A stretch of DNA of 63,051 nucleotides, the filler included, from Asterionella formosa (lineage: Eukaryota), in NCBI GenBank assembly GCA_002256025.1. It is 8 parts of 8 records of this genome, joined end to end, with 100 filler letters (N's around TTAATTAATTAA, not from the genome) between each part and the next. Parts side by side here need not be neighbours in the genome. Positions count along the whole stretch, not along the records: positions 7,911 to 15,719 come from NKIB01012383.1; positions 15,820 to 23,614 come from NKIB01012384.1; 6 more parts are not named here. One strand, written 5' to 3'. Positions 11,556-23,614 of this stretch are shown piece by piece; within the stretch, counting starts at the first letter, position 1, and each line of letters opens with the position of its first letter. Under the pieces are notes generated by a model, which saw only the letters and a program-made list of their open reading frames with translations, had not been told where the DNA came from and searched no databases. Position numbers and translations under genes: made by a program.

Positions 11556-13358
11556 CTCCCTATAAGTTCAATACATATAGAACCATTACCAACCAGTGCT
11601 AGTATATATATATATATAAAAGGGGGAACGTCTTTTGATCCAATGCAGCCGTGCAAAATGGCACCAGAGACGAAAACCCCTTATCATTACACCCAACTGT
11701 TAAAAAAGATCATCCAGAAATGTGCTAGCCAACTCAATTGCTCCTTCCCCAGCTGCTAACCTATCAGGTAAAATTCCCGCCCTTTCCAGAGCCGCCTTCC
11801 CAATGTGAGGTATATTATAATTGTTGTCGCCATTAACCAAAATAATCTCTTCCAAGCAACCCTGTAGTGTTAAGAAAGAGCAATTTAATTTGGTTGGTAA
11901 AAAAAAGAATGCTGCCTGCACCGCCTCTATCAAACCGTCGATGTCGTTGTGGGCTTCTTCCACAGAGTCCCATTGATGACTGTAATGCCCTAAAAAGATA
12001 GATCGTTGATATTCAAATCTGGACTGTTCGCTGGTTGCTAAGTCAATCGAATTCCCATTCTTCATCTGTTGCAGCTGCTACAATGGGAGCAAAATCGGAA
12101 CCAAAATGTGTTGAAGCATTGTTATGCTGTAGATATATTCGTTTGTTTCCATCAGGCCACTTCGCTTTTACCATAGTTAAAACATTATCAACAATCATGT
12201 CAGCATATGACTGTTTTGTCACTGGGAGTGACTTTGTTTCCATTGTCCCTGCCGGTCGATAAATTGAACTTCTTTGTGCTGCTACTTGGCGCACAAAAGG
12301 CCAAATTTCAAATTTACCATCAAACGTAAACACTTTTTCGTCATCAAAACGCGGACGTGTCACAGCAGAAAGGAACATGACCTTTTCGATATGCTCCTTA
12401 TGTTTCGTCCGCCTTGTGGGAGCCTCTTCTCCATGAGTCAGATATATTTTCAACTTTCCTTCTGAAACAAAGAACCACTTTTCATCTATATGGACCTGGT
12501 CGTAGAACCCATCATAGTTACCAAACAGTCCCGGATCAAAATCAATGTCAGGGGAAGGATGTTCTTGATCTGGATGGTTCAATTGTAAATGATTATCACA
12601 ATGCATAAAGGGGATTATCTTACCCTCCTCCGAAAGCATTGGCTTGACTGCACTTGTGTGCAGTCGTATAACATTCTCTCTGTTATCCTCTGCAATCCAA
12701 AAAACTGTTGACTTGGGAAGGGCAAGAGCAGCTGCTAATTTACGATACGTAGTACGCTTGCGATATGGAATACCTCTAATTGCTGCAATTATTTTTTCAC
12801 TTGGGTATTTGCAGTATTTGCAAGTACACCCAGTCAATAATTTGCGGGAAAGCAATGCAAACACGTAAGTATCATCATTATAATAGGATTCGAGCGCGCG
12901 GTTCGAAATACGTTGCATAGATGTTTTATCAACTTTGAACCGGCCCGCCAAAAATTTAACGGTTCCACGCACTGAAATGAGCCGACCATCTATTTTGTCC
13001 CCTCCACCAGGTCCGTTTTGGAGGTTCCGTAAACCATAATCCAACACGAGTTGACGCTCTTCTGGTGTTAGATCCTTTCTCATGATGTGCTTGTTGAGAA
13101 GAGGTGGTGGCAAGAAAAAAGGGGGGTCAGGCATCTGCATTTCGCTCGAGATGAGCAAAAGTGGAAGTCGAAAAAGCCGAAAAACGTTTTTTTCAAATGT
13201 AGTTGCCAATTTTAATCTTTCTAAATATTATATATACATGGATCCGTAGCTTAGAGCAAGTTGTACCATAGGGCTATTGAGCCGGAGAAATTCCTAGGAA
13301 TCAAGATGGCCCCGGATAAATTTTAATTATCGATGCAAGTGTTACTAGACAGAGGGAG
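11556..13358 (-). mobile_element. DD39D mariner (plant/oomycete-type) DNA transposon with degraded transposase (~11700-13083)
   Basis: HIDEKWF, KVMFLSAVTRPR, IWPFV, QHNNA (D->N) and, after a frameshift, QPANSPDLNINDL. Stowaway-type terminus TA|CTCCCTCTGT (rc of 13349-13360); weaker opposite end TA|CTCCCT at 11554-11561. Confidence 0.88.
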
Positions 13359-13848
13359 TACCAGTTACTGCCGGTACACATCTGTGCAAGTTCTGATACC
13401 TGTAATTGTGCTGTAATTGGGTGCGCTCTGATAATAAAAAATTATTATATCATGTGTATTATAACACAAATCGTTGTACCCATAACCCCAAAATTTGTGT
13501 TTGTGTTCACCAAATTTGGTAAACCTGGTAAGCACCTAATTGGGCGCGCTTTGATAATAAAAAATTATTATATCATGTGTATTATAACACAAATCGTTGT
13601 ACCCATAACCCCAAAATTTGTGTTTGTGTTGACCAAATTTTTTTCAGTTATAAATAACAGTGCATTATATAAAAAGATGTTTAGACATGAATGACTATAT
13701 AGAATCTCCTGGAATATTTCAAGACTTGCTTGCTCATACTCAAAATGGCTTGCTCTTGCCAAAATAGGTATGCATATACATATGCATATCGTTACATATG
13801 AATCAACCTCCTCAATAAATCGATCATCATCGCTTTTAGATTTTGGCC

Positions 13849-15073
13849 ATGTCTTCATCTTCTTCTGGTCAAAGGAGAGCAGCCAGGGAGGGCTTCCCTT
13901 CCTCTCCAAGGCTGCTTGAATGTCGCAGTCACCAGCAACAAGAACAACAACAGACTCAACCGGAAGAAGAGGAGGAGGAACGACGACGAGAATGAAGATG
14001 ACACTGGTGCTGATGAGTTTGCCAGTGACGATGAGGACAGTAGGATAGGTGTCCAAGGTGTTTCTCAGATTGGTGTTTCTGGGGTTACTCAGTCCCCATC
14101 AAGGAACAACAACGATTTTTCACGTGCTCCTACTACTTCAGTTTCAAGAACGGCAACTGCCAGGCGAGCACCAACGTTTCCAAGAGCTCGCCAAAGCATG
14201 CAGAGTCGGAGTCAACAGTTCAGGATCAATGAGATTCTCTCATTGCTGGAAGCCATTTCTACTCACCTGCCAATTGAATCCCATGAATGGGAAGTTGTTG
14301 CATCACAGCACAACGAGAATTTCCCAGACAAAGAACGGACAGGACCTTCACTTCGCCGAAAGTTTTCACAGCTGCACAAAGTTAAGAAACCAACTGGGGA
14401 CCCAACATTCCCTGCTGAGGTGAGATATGCCAAACAAATTTTTCGAAGAATCGAGCAACGAGCAGATGAAAGTGCTGAGATTGAATCCACTGATCTTGGA
14501 ATAGAGAGAGAGCCCAATGAGCCCAATATTGATGAGCCAAATGTTGATGATTTTATAGCGATTTCTGGGGAGAGTGAAGACAATGGTGGAGCAACATCTG
14601 CCGCTTATGCTAATTTTTCTGGTTCAAGATTTCCTCAACCTATTGTGTCCCCTCGATTTAGAGATAAGGCAGTGTCAAACAATACTGGGCCAGTTGAGAA
14701 AGTGCTTTCTCTTCTTTCGACACAGTTGCTTCACAAGGCTACTTGAACTGATACTGATAACCTGCAGCAGCAACAACAACAGCAGCAACAACTGCAGCAA
14801 CAGAACATGATGAACATGATGATGATGTCAATCATGGCATCATTGTTGAATCATGGGGTATCTCAAACAACCACCTCCACTGGCAGTGCCAATCCCACTC
14901 AGGCAATTATGAATTCAATTATTGCTTCAAACATGATTTCAATGCAGCAAACAATGCAAAGCCAAAATCTAACCTCATCAGCAGGTTCCAATGCACAACA
15001 AACTTTGTCTGCCTCAACTCAATGTTAAACACCAAAAAACAACAGTGGTAGCAGTAGTAGTGATGATGAATAA
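13849..15073 (+). pseudogene. Accessory Myb/SANT-like (DUF6818-like) protein of the Harbinger-group element
   Basis: FRINEILSLLEAISTHLPIESHEWEVVASQHN...RTGPSLRRKFSQLHKVKKPTGDP core; frameshift near 13975; in-frame TGA at 14744-14746 followed by a Q/M-rich tail in the same frame. Confidence 0.7.
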
Positions 15074-15147
15074 CCTTAAATTAATTCATTCTAATATAAT
15101 GTGAAAGAAGTGGAACTAAATAATCATGAAGGAATAATTTCTTTGAA

Positions 15148-15719
15148 TTACATGGCATATCTATTTGCATTCCTATGCAAATAGGGCATATACACTTTTA
15201 CAATCATTTGGAGAATTAATTTTCTCTCACCATTTTCTGCAGGGTCAGTTTCAGACCATCCATTGCTCCCCAACAATTTTTTATTAGTGGGTATTTCTGA
15301 TTGATCATGGTTGCAAACAAGGTGGCTTCATCTGCAGTAGGCAGTCTCACAACGGCATCTTCATGTGTCAGCAGTACTTTTACAATCATTCGCCTTGAAA
15401 ACCTCAACCAAACACTCAAAGAACCATGAGTTAATCCGAAAATAATCTGAAGAATCATATAGGAACCACGAGTCCTGGTCCATGCTAACCCAAGCGCTAG
15501 ACAACTGATGGAACAGAGGTATCTTCTTTGCCGACCTTTCTTTGTTGTTGAATTTCTAACAATGAAATCCGTATTTTTCCTACAGGGAGTAAAGGAATAA
15601 AAACAAGGTTTGAACAGCTGGTGTAGGAGCTCGAAAGAAGCATGGTCGAACCCACACAAGGTAATCAGAGCATCATCATGCTTGCTGTTGAACAAAAGTC
15701 CAGAATGGACTCGATAATG
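15148..15719 (-). pseudogene. Internally deleted Harbinger-group transposase
   Basis: Near-identical to the 30579-31517 protein up to CWGAMDGLKLTLQ, then jumps straight to C-terminal ENGERKLILQMIV...SVYMPYL; the second and third catalytic residues are absent. Confidence 0.8.
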
Positions 15720-15819
15720 NNNNNNNNNNNNNNNNNNNNNNNNNNNNNNNNNNNNNNNNNNNNTTAATTAATTAANNNNNNNNNNNNNNNNNNNNNNNNN
15801 NNNNNNNNNNNNNNNNNNN

Positions 15820-17158
15820 GTCATCGCATGTTCCGGAGTCGCTAAGTGCTGCTGCCTTGATAGAACTGATGATGGCGGAAGCAAGTTGCTTTGTTGTCAT
15901 CTCGGAAATGGTACGCTTCGATCCGCCTTGCTCTCCTTTCTTGTCGCCTTCCTTTCGGACTCGATCACGCTCCTCATATGAAAGCTTTTCCCATTCTGTT
16001 GTTGAGTAGTAAGTGGTTTTCTGTGGATTGGTTCCGCGCCTGCCGCGACCTCCGCGACCTCAGCCGGCACCGCGACCCTGGAAGCCACGACCATTGCCGC
16101 GGCCTCTGCCACGATGTCCGCCACGGGTCCGCCACGGCCGGTTGTGTTTGTTGCGTTAATTCGTCTGGATAGCTGACAATCAGGCGTCTGTGACACCTCA
16201 GAGTTTAAATGGTTTGCTGCGACGGTAAAGGTAATACCGGTTGTATTGAGCTGGTATCTGAGTTGGGCGACTGCGGCAGATAAGCCGGAGCTCTGCACTT
16301 TGGACAAAAGCTCGTCTACTTTCACTCTTTTGGACAAAGGCTCGTTCTCTTCTTCGAAGATTGTGAACATACGTTGTAGTGAATCCAAGAACTTGTTAAA
16401 AGGTAACGCACGCTTTGTCTTGTAGTGGAGGGATGATTGAATCTTCTTGGCGTCAGCAATCCTACGTGTGGAATTTCCATGTCCCTACAACCGTCCTGAA
16501 AACGAGAGATGGAATGAATCCAATTTTCTGTCTGTTCGCCCTGTAGAAAACCAAGTAACAGTGTATGCACAAGTCTCGCATCCGCAATGTAATACTGACC
16601 GTTAAGTGGGGCACGATGGATCATGCGCTCGTTGAATGAGCCATAATCGGCCTCAGCTTGGGGATCCTCCGCTTCTCTTACCACATAAGACAACGGTATG
16701 CCGCTAACGCCGGGAATGACAGCCAAGTAGTTGATAAAGGCCTTTTCCCACTCAGGCCACTTCCTCTCATCTTTGAATTTTCCCGGATCGGCAGCCTTGG
16801 AATTAGTAGCCACGAGATCTATGTCGGACTTCCTGATCTGCGCAAGGCTCAACGATTGATATAGAATCTCAACATTGAAATCGTTGTGGTCCGGAACGTC
16901 GTTAACTCGATGACAATCCTGGACCCAATGCATAACGCCTGTCAATTTCTTTGTGCGTCCAAGTCCAAAAACAATCTTACCGTTTGTCACGCTACGCTTT
17001 GCAAATTCGTCCGCCATGTCACGAATGTCCTTTTCTACTAGATAACGGAAGTCCTCAAACTCGCTAATACCTGCTGCCATGATGTTCAAACGTTCGACAG
17101 TGACCTCAAAACCGATTGCCAACAGAACGTGGGCGACTCCGACCAAGTTATTCGCCAT
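15820..17158 (-). mobile_element. Ty1/Copia (diatom CoDi-type) gag, frameshifted; pol lies beyond the contig end
   Basis: MANNLVG...DPGKFKDERKWPEWEKAFINYLAVIPGVSGIPLSYVVR; after a deletion, GNSTRRIADAKKIQSSLHYK...LDSLQRMFTIFEEENEPL; RGG-rich tail. Confidence 0.8.
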
Positions 17159-17198
17159 GATAATGAGTGCATTTGCTGGGAAAAGAGAATGATAGTAA

Positions 17199-17292
17199 TT
17201 CGCAAACGCAAACGCATGTCGTCAGTGGATTCCCGCTGTAACGATTTTCGCAAACGCAAACGCATGTCGTCAGTGGATTCCCGCTGTAACGA
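17199..17292. repeat. Two-copy 48-bp-period tandem repeat in the Copia 5' UTR
   Basis: TTCGCAAACGCAAACGCATGTCGTCAGTGGATTCCCGCTGTAACGA occurs twice, identically. Confidence 0.9.
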
Positions 17293-17874
17293 ATAGTACT
17301 TGTGTGCAGGCAGCACAGTTACGCCAATGCCGTCGTTGAGTGATCAGTTCAACTCCGGCCACAATCGCTATCGCTCGCTGGTCGTCTGCGGATACCCGTC
17401 GGTACGACTCGAGTGCACACGGTCACCGACGCCTGCGAATGATCGTCATCATCCAAATTCGGTACGCACACGTGACACTACATACTGAATATGAAAAATT
17501 CGTTACGAACACGTAATGCCAGACGCCTTGTCTCGATGGTTCGAATTCGACGCTCCTATTCGCTCGCACTGTACGCTCTTCTCCGATTCAAGGATAACTC
17601 AAGTGGTAATCGATAGAGCGGTGGGTCTGATAAACCGAATAAATATGCTAGTGTTGTCGGCAGCACAACTTACATGGTGCACAAGGAAAGAAAGATAAAG
17701 GTTGAAAAGATAGACTTAAAGATATATAAACCTACGCCGTTCTAGCGCATTCGCTGCTCCAAGCCTGCATGCTGTACTATCGCTAAAACACTCTAACGAC
17801 TAGTTAGTCCCCTGTACCGTATGACACGGTACATTCATCCACGCGCCCATACTGCACTGCAATATTTGTTCACA

Positions 17875-18425
17875 TACACTGTCAACTTGTGAACATTACA
17901 GGAGTGACTTAGCTACTAAAGTGCGTGTTATAATATCATACTCCGCAGTACGATGCAGAATACAGTTCCCAATCCACATTGAATGATTGATAAGATGATA
18001 ATGTGATATCACGATAGTGTTACTTTTATGCATACATCACCAAAATATAATACGTAATATTGAATAAAGTATATCACATAGCTATGATACATCGATCATA
18101 GAACTATGATGGTTTATCAAAAAGTTTATTATATATTTTAATCAAAATATGATTATGTTGAAAAAATACAATGATAATAAAATACTATAAAATATGTACA
18201 CAAATATTATCAATACATCATAGAAAATAAATAAATCAATCATAAAGTATGTTACTTAATATGTTTACAGTAAAAGCAAATATTTAATATGATAGTATTA
18301 TATTGTGAATATGATCTAAGTGTACAGATGTGTTGATATGAACATCACCATAATATGATTTGTGATACTATGGATTGATGCATATCGCATACCGGTATTC
18401 TCCACAACCATCCATCATGTTCTTT
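17875..18425 (+). repeat. AT-rich dispersed repeat (reverse copy at ~45009-45580)
   Basis: AGTACGATGCAGAATACAGTTCCCAATC...TTGAATGATTGATAAGATGATAATGTGATATCACGATAG is the reverse complement of ~45437-45507. Confidence 0.8.
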
Positions 18426-19689
18426 GTCATGTCGTTTTTCCTTGTTAGTACCTATAGCTATATATACCGGGGAGTTCCGGGAAAGTCTGAATATTGCGAA
18501 TATTTGTCCAAAAATACACAATCAAACCAGCCATACGGCTGGTTGCATCAAAAAGATAATTATAGTAGCCCACGTAGATCTGGTACAAAATATTATCTTT
18601 ATCCCTATAGGTGTACTAAACATCACGCCATTTTATTTGCTTCGATCGACTCACCATGTTACTCAAGATCTTTGTCGTTTCTTGCGCAAAAGTGATTCCC
18701 CAAAGGCTTTTAGAACTGTTCGTTATGTCATGAGTGAAATGCTTTTGGGGAATCACTTTTCACCAGATATTTTAAAAAAATTATAGCAATATCAGTTATG
18801 GCCGCCATCAGTGACCTTGCCATACATGATGCTTGGTTGCCGGTTGAACAATTCAGGGAATGTTCTCTTCATCAAAAGTACTGTTATTCCAATGATATTC
18901 AATTCAATATTAATAGATTGATAAGTTAGTTCAAGAAGTTGATTCCAAACCAATTTTTGGAACCCAATGAGTTCGATTTTTTTAGAGGCAAGAAGGTGAT
19001 CATGCTATTCCTACATAAGTATCAAACGAAGAGCAAAAGTAGACAAAGATTACATCTATGTTACAGAAAATTCAGTAATAGCAATTACTACACTACTTAC
19101 TTATATGAATTCATCTGCATGGGAGGAGAAATGTATCCCATTGAAGAAGCAGCTAAGAAGGAGTGGAAGTTGGGGTTGTGATGATCAAAATTTTCGTGAT
19201 GGTCACAGGGCTGTGACATCACCTAGTAGTACTTCACCTCGAACATTAGATAAAGAAGTTGCTCTACTAACTACTTTTAATTCCACCAGTACAAGTACTA
19301 TGACTAGTGCAGGAGAAGAATGGAAAACAACAAACTGGAGAAGAACAACTAGAGATGGAGGGAGAGGAAAGATGCAGCACCTACTAAATTACTATTGCTA
19401 CAGGAGGAGGGAATTAAGGGAAGTGAACGTTCAACAAAAACATGAAAACAAGACCTGGGAATGTTGTTGCAATATCACTCTCAGGTGATTAATAAACCAA
19501 AAACTCACACTGGCCACACATGCACACATTGTCTCCAAATGATTCCGCAATTTTTGAAAACACGGCTTCAATGCATATCCAAATAAGATTTGTAAAAAAA
19601 TCGAGATTGGAGGACTACACATTGACTGGAAATCAGTAAGAATTAGGATTCATCCCAAAGCAAAGAATTTCTTTGAAGTCATTCAGCAT

Positions 19690-19990
19690 GGGAAACTATC
19701 TTGATTTTGAGGAAAAGAAGACATTATTGCAGTCAATGGGAAGGAAGGGAAATGGGAGTACTTGCTGACACCGAAATGTCACTGCTAACTTGCATGAGAG
19801 GGAATCGATTTGATTAGCTCTTCTTGGGTTGTGCCAAGAATTTTTACCGTTGGGTTGCTCTGAACACGAAGAAGAGGAACGAGAACTTCAGGTCTGTGGT
19901 GCAAGAGAACAACATGGTGTTAAGGGACAAAAGTGTTAGCAGCAAAAAGAATAATTAAGGCAAGCAATACAATATATACTATGTGCATAC
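19690..19990 (+). pseudogene. Relic C-terminus of a DDE transposase (IS630/Tc1-like)
   Basis: Across frameshifts: LDFEEKKTLLQSMGRK...TPKCHC*LA*EGI...WGCAKNFYRW...KKRNENFRSVVQE, resembling the PKxHxEL...IE..WG.AK motif. Confidence 0.55.
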
Positions 19991-20933
19991 TTCAAAATTT
20001 GGAAAGAGCTTGACAAGCTAACGACAAGATGACAGGATGACCACCGCTGTGCCCTTGATTTCGATACAACTTTCTGCAAGGCAACCTGTGTCTATGATCT
20101 AATGTAGCAAACAACAAAGCAACGAAGCAAACAAGAAACAAGCAGCAAAATCAGTAAAATCAGCAAACATGAACAATAACAACAACAGATCGATGTTACA
20201 TACCGGTACTAGTACCTTTTGCAGGGAACTATTCCGTTGATTTATTGGTTTTATTGTCCTATGCATGCAGTTATAGTTACAATGAGAAGAATTGATTTGT
20301 TAGCTAGTCATGTTACATTGACACAACGACACACAATTCCATCGTATCCTCTTCTTTGCTTCACTTACCACAACTCAATGCAACTGATGCATAAGTCTGT
20401 AATAGTAAATTGTCAGTAAATTCTTGAATATGTAAATTTCGGGTAGTATCCAATGTTGTCGAATAAAAATGACCGATTCATTTTCGTTAGCTTAACTTAG
20501 AGAAGGTAAACATTTTGTCAGTTTTGTTCCTACAGAAGTGAATAGGTCCAACGAGCGACAAGAGCACTAACGCAATTTGGTTTTGTTTTACATTGGTGCT
20601 CCCCAACAAGCGAAACGAGCTGTTGAATCAACTGAGAATAAAGGAAATGTGGGTGCGTTTAGTTAACAATTTGTTGTTGTGCTGCCTGCCTCCCAACGAT
20701 TGTCATCCAAGTACCACATTGATGGCTTCATTACCTGAAACATTCTTCATCTTTCGAATGCGCAATGTGTCGAAGCCACAATGTTTTTCGTTATGTATTG
20801 CATAAACTTTCTTTGCTTGTCATGTGCTTAACTACGACCTATCTTTTCATGAAGCAGCAGGCATTGTTTGTTAACATGACAGAACGATTTCAAAAATATA
20901 TATGCCATTCATATAGTAATAAAATTTGTAAAC

Positions 20934-20974
<41 letters not shown>

Positions 20975-21287
20975 GTGTTATACATTTATAAAATTCAAAG
21001 GCGCTCTCGATATGGAACATCTGATATGGTTGGGATGATCATACTCGCATATGCATAATTCGAAAATACTCAATGCACTATATGTCCATTGTTTTCCACG
21101 ACTACCTGTACTGGTATTGTTTCTGAAATTTGTTTGCATCGATATTTTCTACGTCCGTTGAAACTAATTATTTAGACCGTTCAATTGCCACAAGGGTTTT
21201 GGTAGCAAATTGTTTAAGCCCCTTTTTTGGTTGGGAGCTCTTCATGTGTACCGGTACATCATATGACAATAACAATATATCATATAT

Positions 21288-23614
21288 GGTAACTAAATTT
21301 TTTAAGTACGCGTTATTGAGCCTCGACTAAAGTGTGGAGTTCGTTGGGTCGCACCGGGGCGCGAAGCGCCCGGTTCAATTAGATGGACTTAGACAGGTGA
21401 AAAGGGACGGCGAGGGGTCGCGCGACGGATAAGAAATTTTCGGATTGTGCCCTGGTGGCGTTTGTCTTGACGTATTTGGGATGTGAGGCGTAGTTGACCC
21501 GCACGATAGATTGCCAGCCAGGCCGTCAGTGCCGACGGGGAATGAAGTAAGCGTTGAGAGAGAGGAAGGCCAAATATATGTCCTCGTTCATCAGCTGGGA
21601 CGGAGATCTGGTTTGAGTAAGCTGTAGTTGTCTGTGTTCGAAGCAATGTGATTCGGCGTTCATTAGTGGCAAGGAGAGTGGCGCCATAGACAAAATCATT
21701 GCGATTACTGTTCCATGGCATATGCGCATAAGGAGTTGATTAGTTGACTTGTCCAAAGAGAGGATTCATAGCGTTGGTCTGGATTTCTGATGGAGTGATA
21801 GGTTGTCATGGCATGGGCCCAAGAAACTGATAGATGTCCCCTTAGGAGGTGGTTCCATCCTATAGCTGTTTGTTGGACATATGCCTGATAGGTCGTCCAA
21901 AGAAGAGGGTCGGTTGGGGAGGGATCTGGAAGAGGCCAAACAGGGGGAATGTCACCATTTTCCCACGATTGGAGACCATGGGTTAGGGCAAGGAGAATAT
22001 GGGGAGGAGTGCAAAGTTTGGATTTCAGATGGTCAGAGAGAGCGGTCCACTTTGTATCCCGAAAGTGGCAAGAAGCTGAGCAGGTTAGGACGTGATCGTG
22101 GTCCTCAACAGCATTGGAGCAGCGTGGGCATAAGGAAGCCGGGGCTTTGCCATGGCGATGTAAGATTTTGTTGGTAGGCCATTGTCCATTTATTAACTTA
22201 AACATTGCTAGTCTGCGTCCGTATGACAAGTGTTTGTATGCACTGGTGGAAGACTTCCAGTCAATAGAGTCAGAGATTGACTGCGTCCATCCGTGTCGTG
22301 TTTGGAAGTACTTGAATTGTTTGGGCTTATATTATGCTGTCAGATTGTAGGGATCATCTGAGATGTAACCTGAGATCCCTGAAGAAGGAGGGTAGCGGGG
22401 ACTTGAGGGAAAAGCGGAGTAATAGAGCGCTGGGGGCAGCGGAGATAGGCTAAATGAGTGAGTCTATCAACTTGGATATTGAGTTTTGCAGGCAGAGTTA
22501 AGGCTTCATAGGGTTTGCTGTCATCTTGATGGCTTTTGATGTGAACCGCCTGGAGATCGACCGGGATAGATGCCAGAACCTTCGTGGCTGAGTGGATAAG
22601 GTCCCAGTCTGGGTGGAGACTGTGACGAATTGAGTGTTGATGGTGGTGAGACAGACGCTTGACTAGGGCCTGGTTGTCGATGTGAGCTCTAGCAGTGAAA
22701 GGAGTGAGGGGATCTAGAAGATCATGGTATGTAAGAAGAGCACGAAGAGCAAGAACTGCACCAAGATAGCCGCAGCACTCTGTCCGGAAGGAAGAAAGAG
22801 GGGTGGCGGTGAAGGTGGTAGTGTTGTAGCCAGAGATTTGGGTGCCACTGGAGCGGCCATGAATAAGCCATGAGAAAGAGCCATGGGGAGAGCGGACTGA
22901 TCCATCAGTGGCAACTTCAAAATTATTGGTTTTGATATCTTGGAGGAGTGGTAGAATATCGGGCGGGAAGGTAACCTGGCCGATATAATAATTGTCATAA
23001 GAAGAGAGAGATGAAAGGTAGGTGGAGAAGGTTGGTGGGAGATGTGATTCAGGGAGAAGGGAGGGGAGAATTCGAATATGGTGGGATAGAGTTTGCGGCA
23101 AGGGGAGCCAGGAAGAGACCGAAATTGGAATGGCGGAAGAGGGAAGAGTGGAGGTAAGGTTATTTGGAGTGGGTGTGAAGCGGAGCCGATTGTTCCGACG
23201 ATAAGGGGAGAAGAGGGAAGGATCAGAGGGGAGGCGACAATAGAAGGTAGAAGATGATGGATGCAAATATGTCGGCCAGTGTTGGTGAGAGGGTCCAGTG
23301 GGAAGCCATTTGAGGAGACAGCTTTGAGGGCGAAGGTGAGGGGAGCGAGATTTGATGGTGAAGAGGTGTGAAAGTAGGCGTCTCCAAATTGTCCAGCTGG
23401 TGGGGCCAGGGCGGGTTTGTTTGGGCCAGGAGAGATTGAAGACTCTATTGTTTTTGTATCTGTTCCAAAAGTCCTTATCAATGGTGTTGCCTGTACTGTC
23501 GACAATGTCGGACAGAGTGAGCACCTGCAGATACAGACGACATCTATTGAATTTGATGATGTCTGAGGCAGTGATAGAAAAAGTGGCTGCCAATGAAATT
23601 AATCTAGGCATGAG
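21288..23614 (-). mobile_element. Non-LTR retrotransposon 3' part (RNase H + CCHC; Ambal-like), copy 2
   Basis: RNase H motifs ATDGS, SSFRTECCG, HIDNQ, DWDL, HIKSHQD, LNIQVD; CPRCSNAVEDHDHVLTC; frameshift near 22342; cut by the contig end. Confidence 0.88.

Larger units (their letters stand above)
13542..15719. mobile_element. Two-ORF PIF/Harbinger-group (Pangu-like) element, cut by the contig end
   Basis: TIR GGGCGCGCTTTGATAATAAAAAATTATTATATCATGTG preceded by ATT; convergent accessory ORF (+) and transposase (-); the same TIR occurs at 30544. Confidence 0.8.

Noticed and set aside
17530..17552. tRNA or SINE from the GGTTCGAATT B-box-like motif
   Set aside because: No cloverleaf or correctly spaced A box; it lies in the Copia leader.
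22714..23505. 263-aa overlapping ORF inside the LINE, plus the many short antisense ORFs in 27261-30182
   Set aside because: Shadow frames caused by biased composition of the real coding frame.
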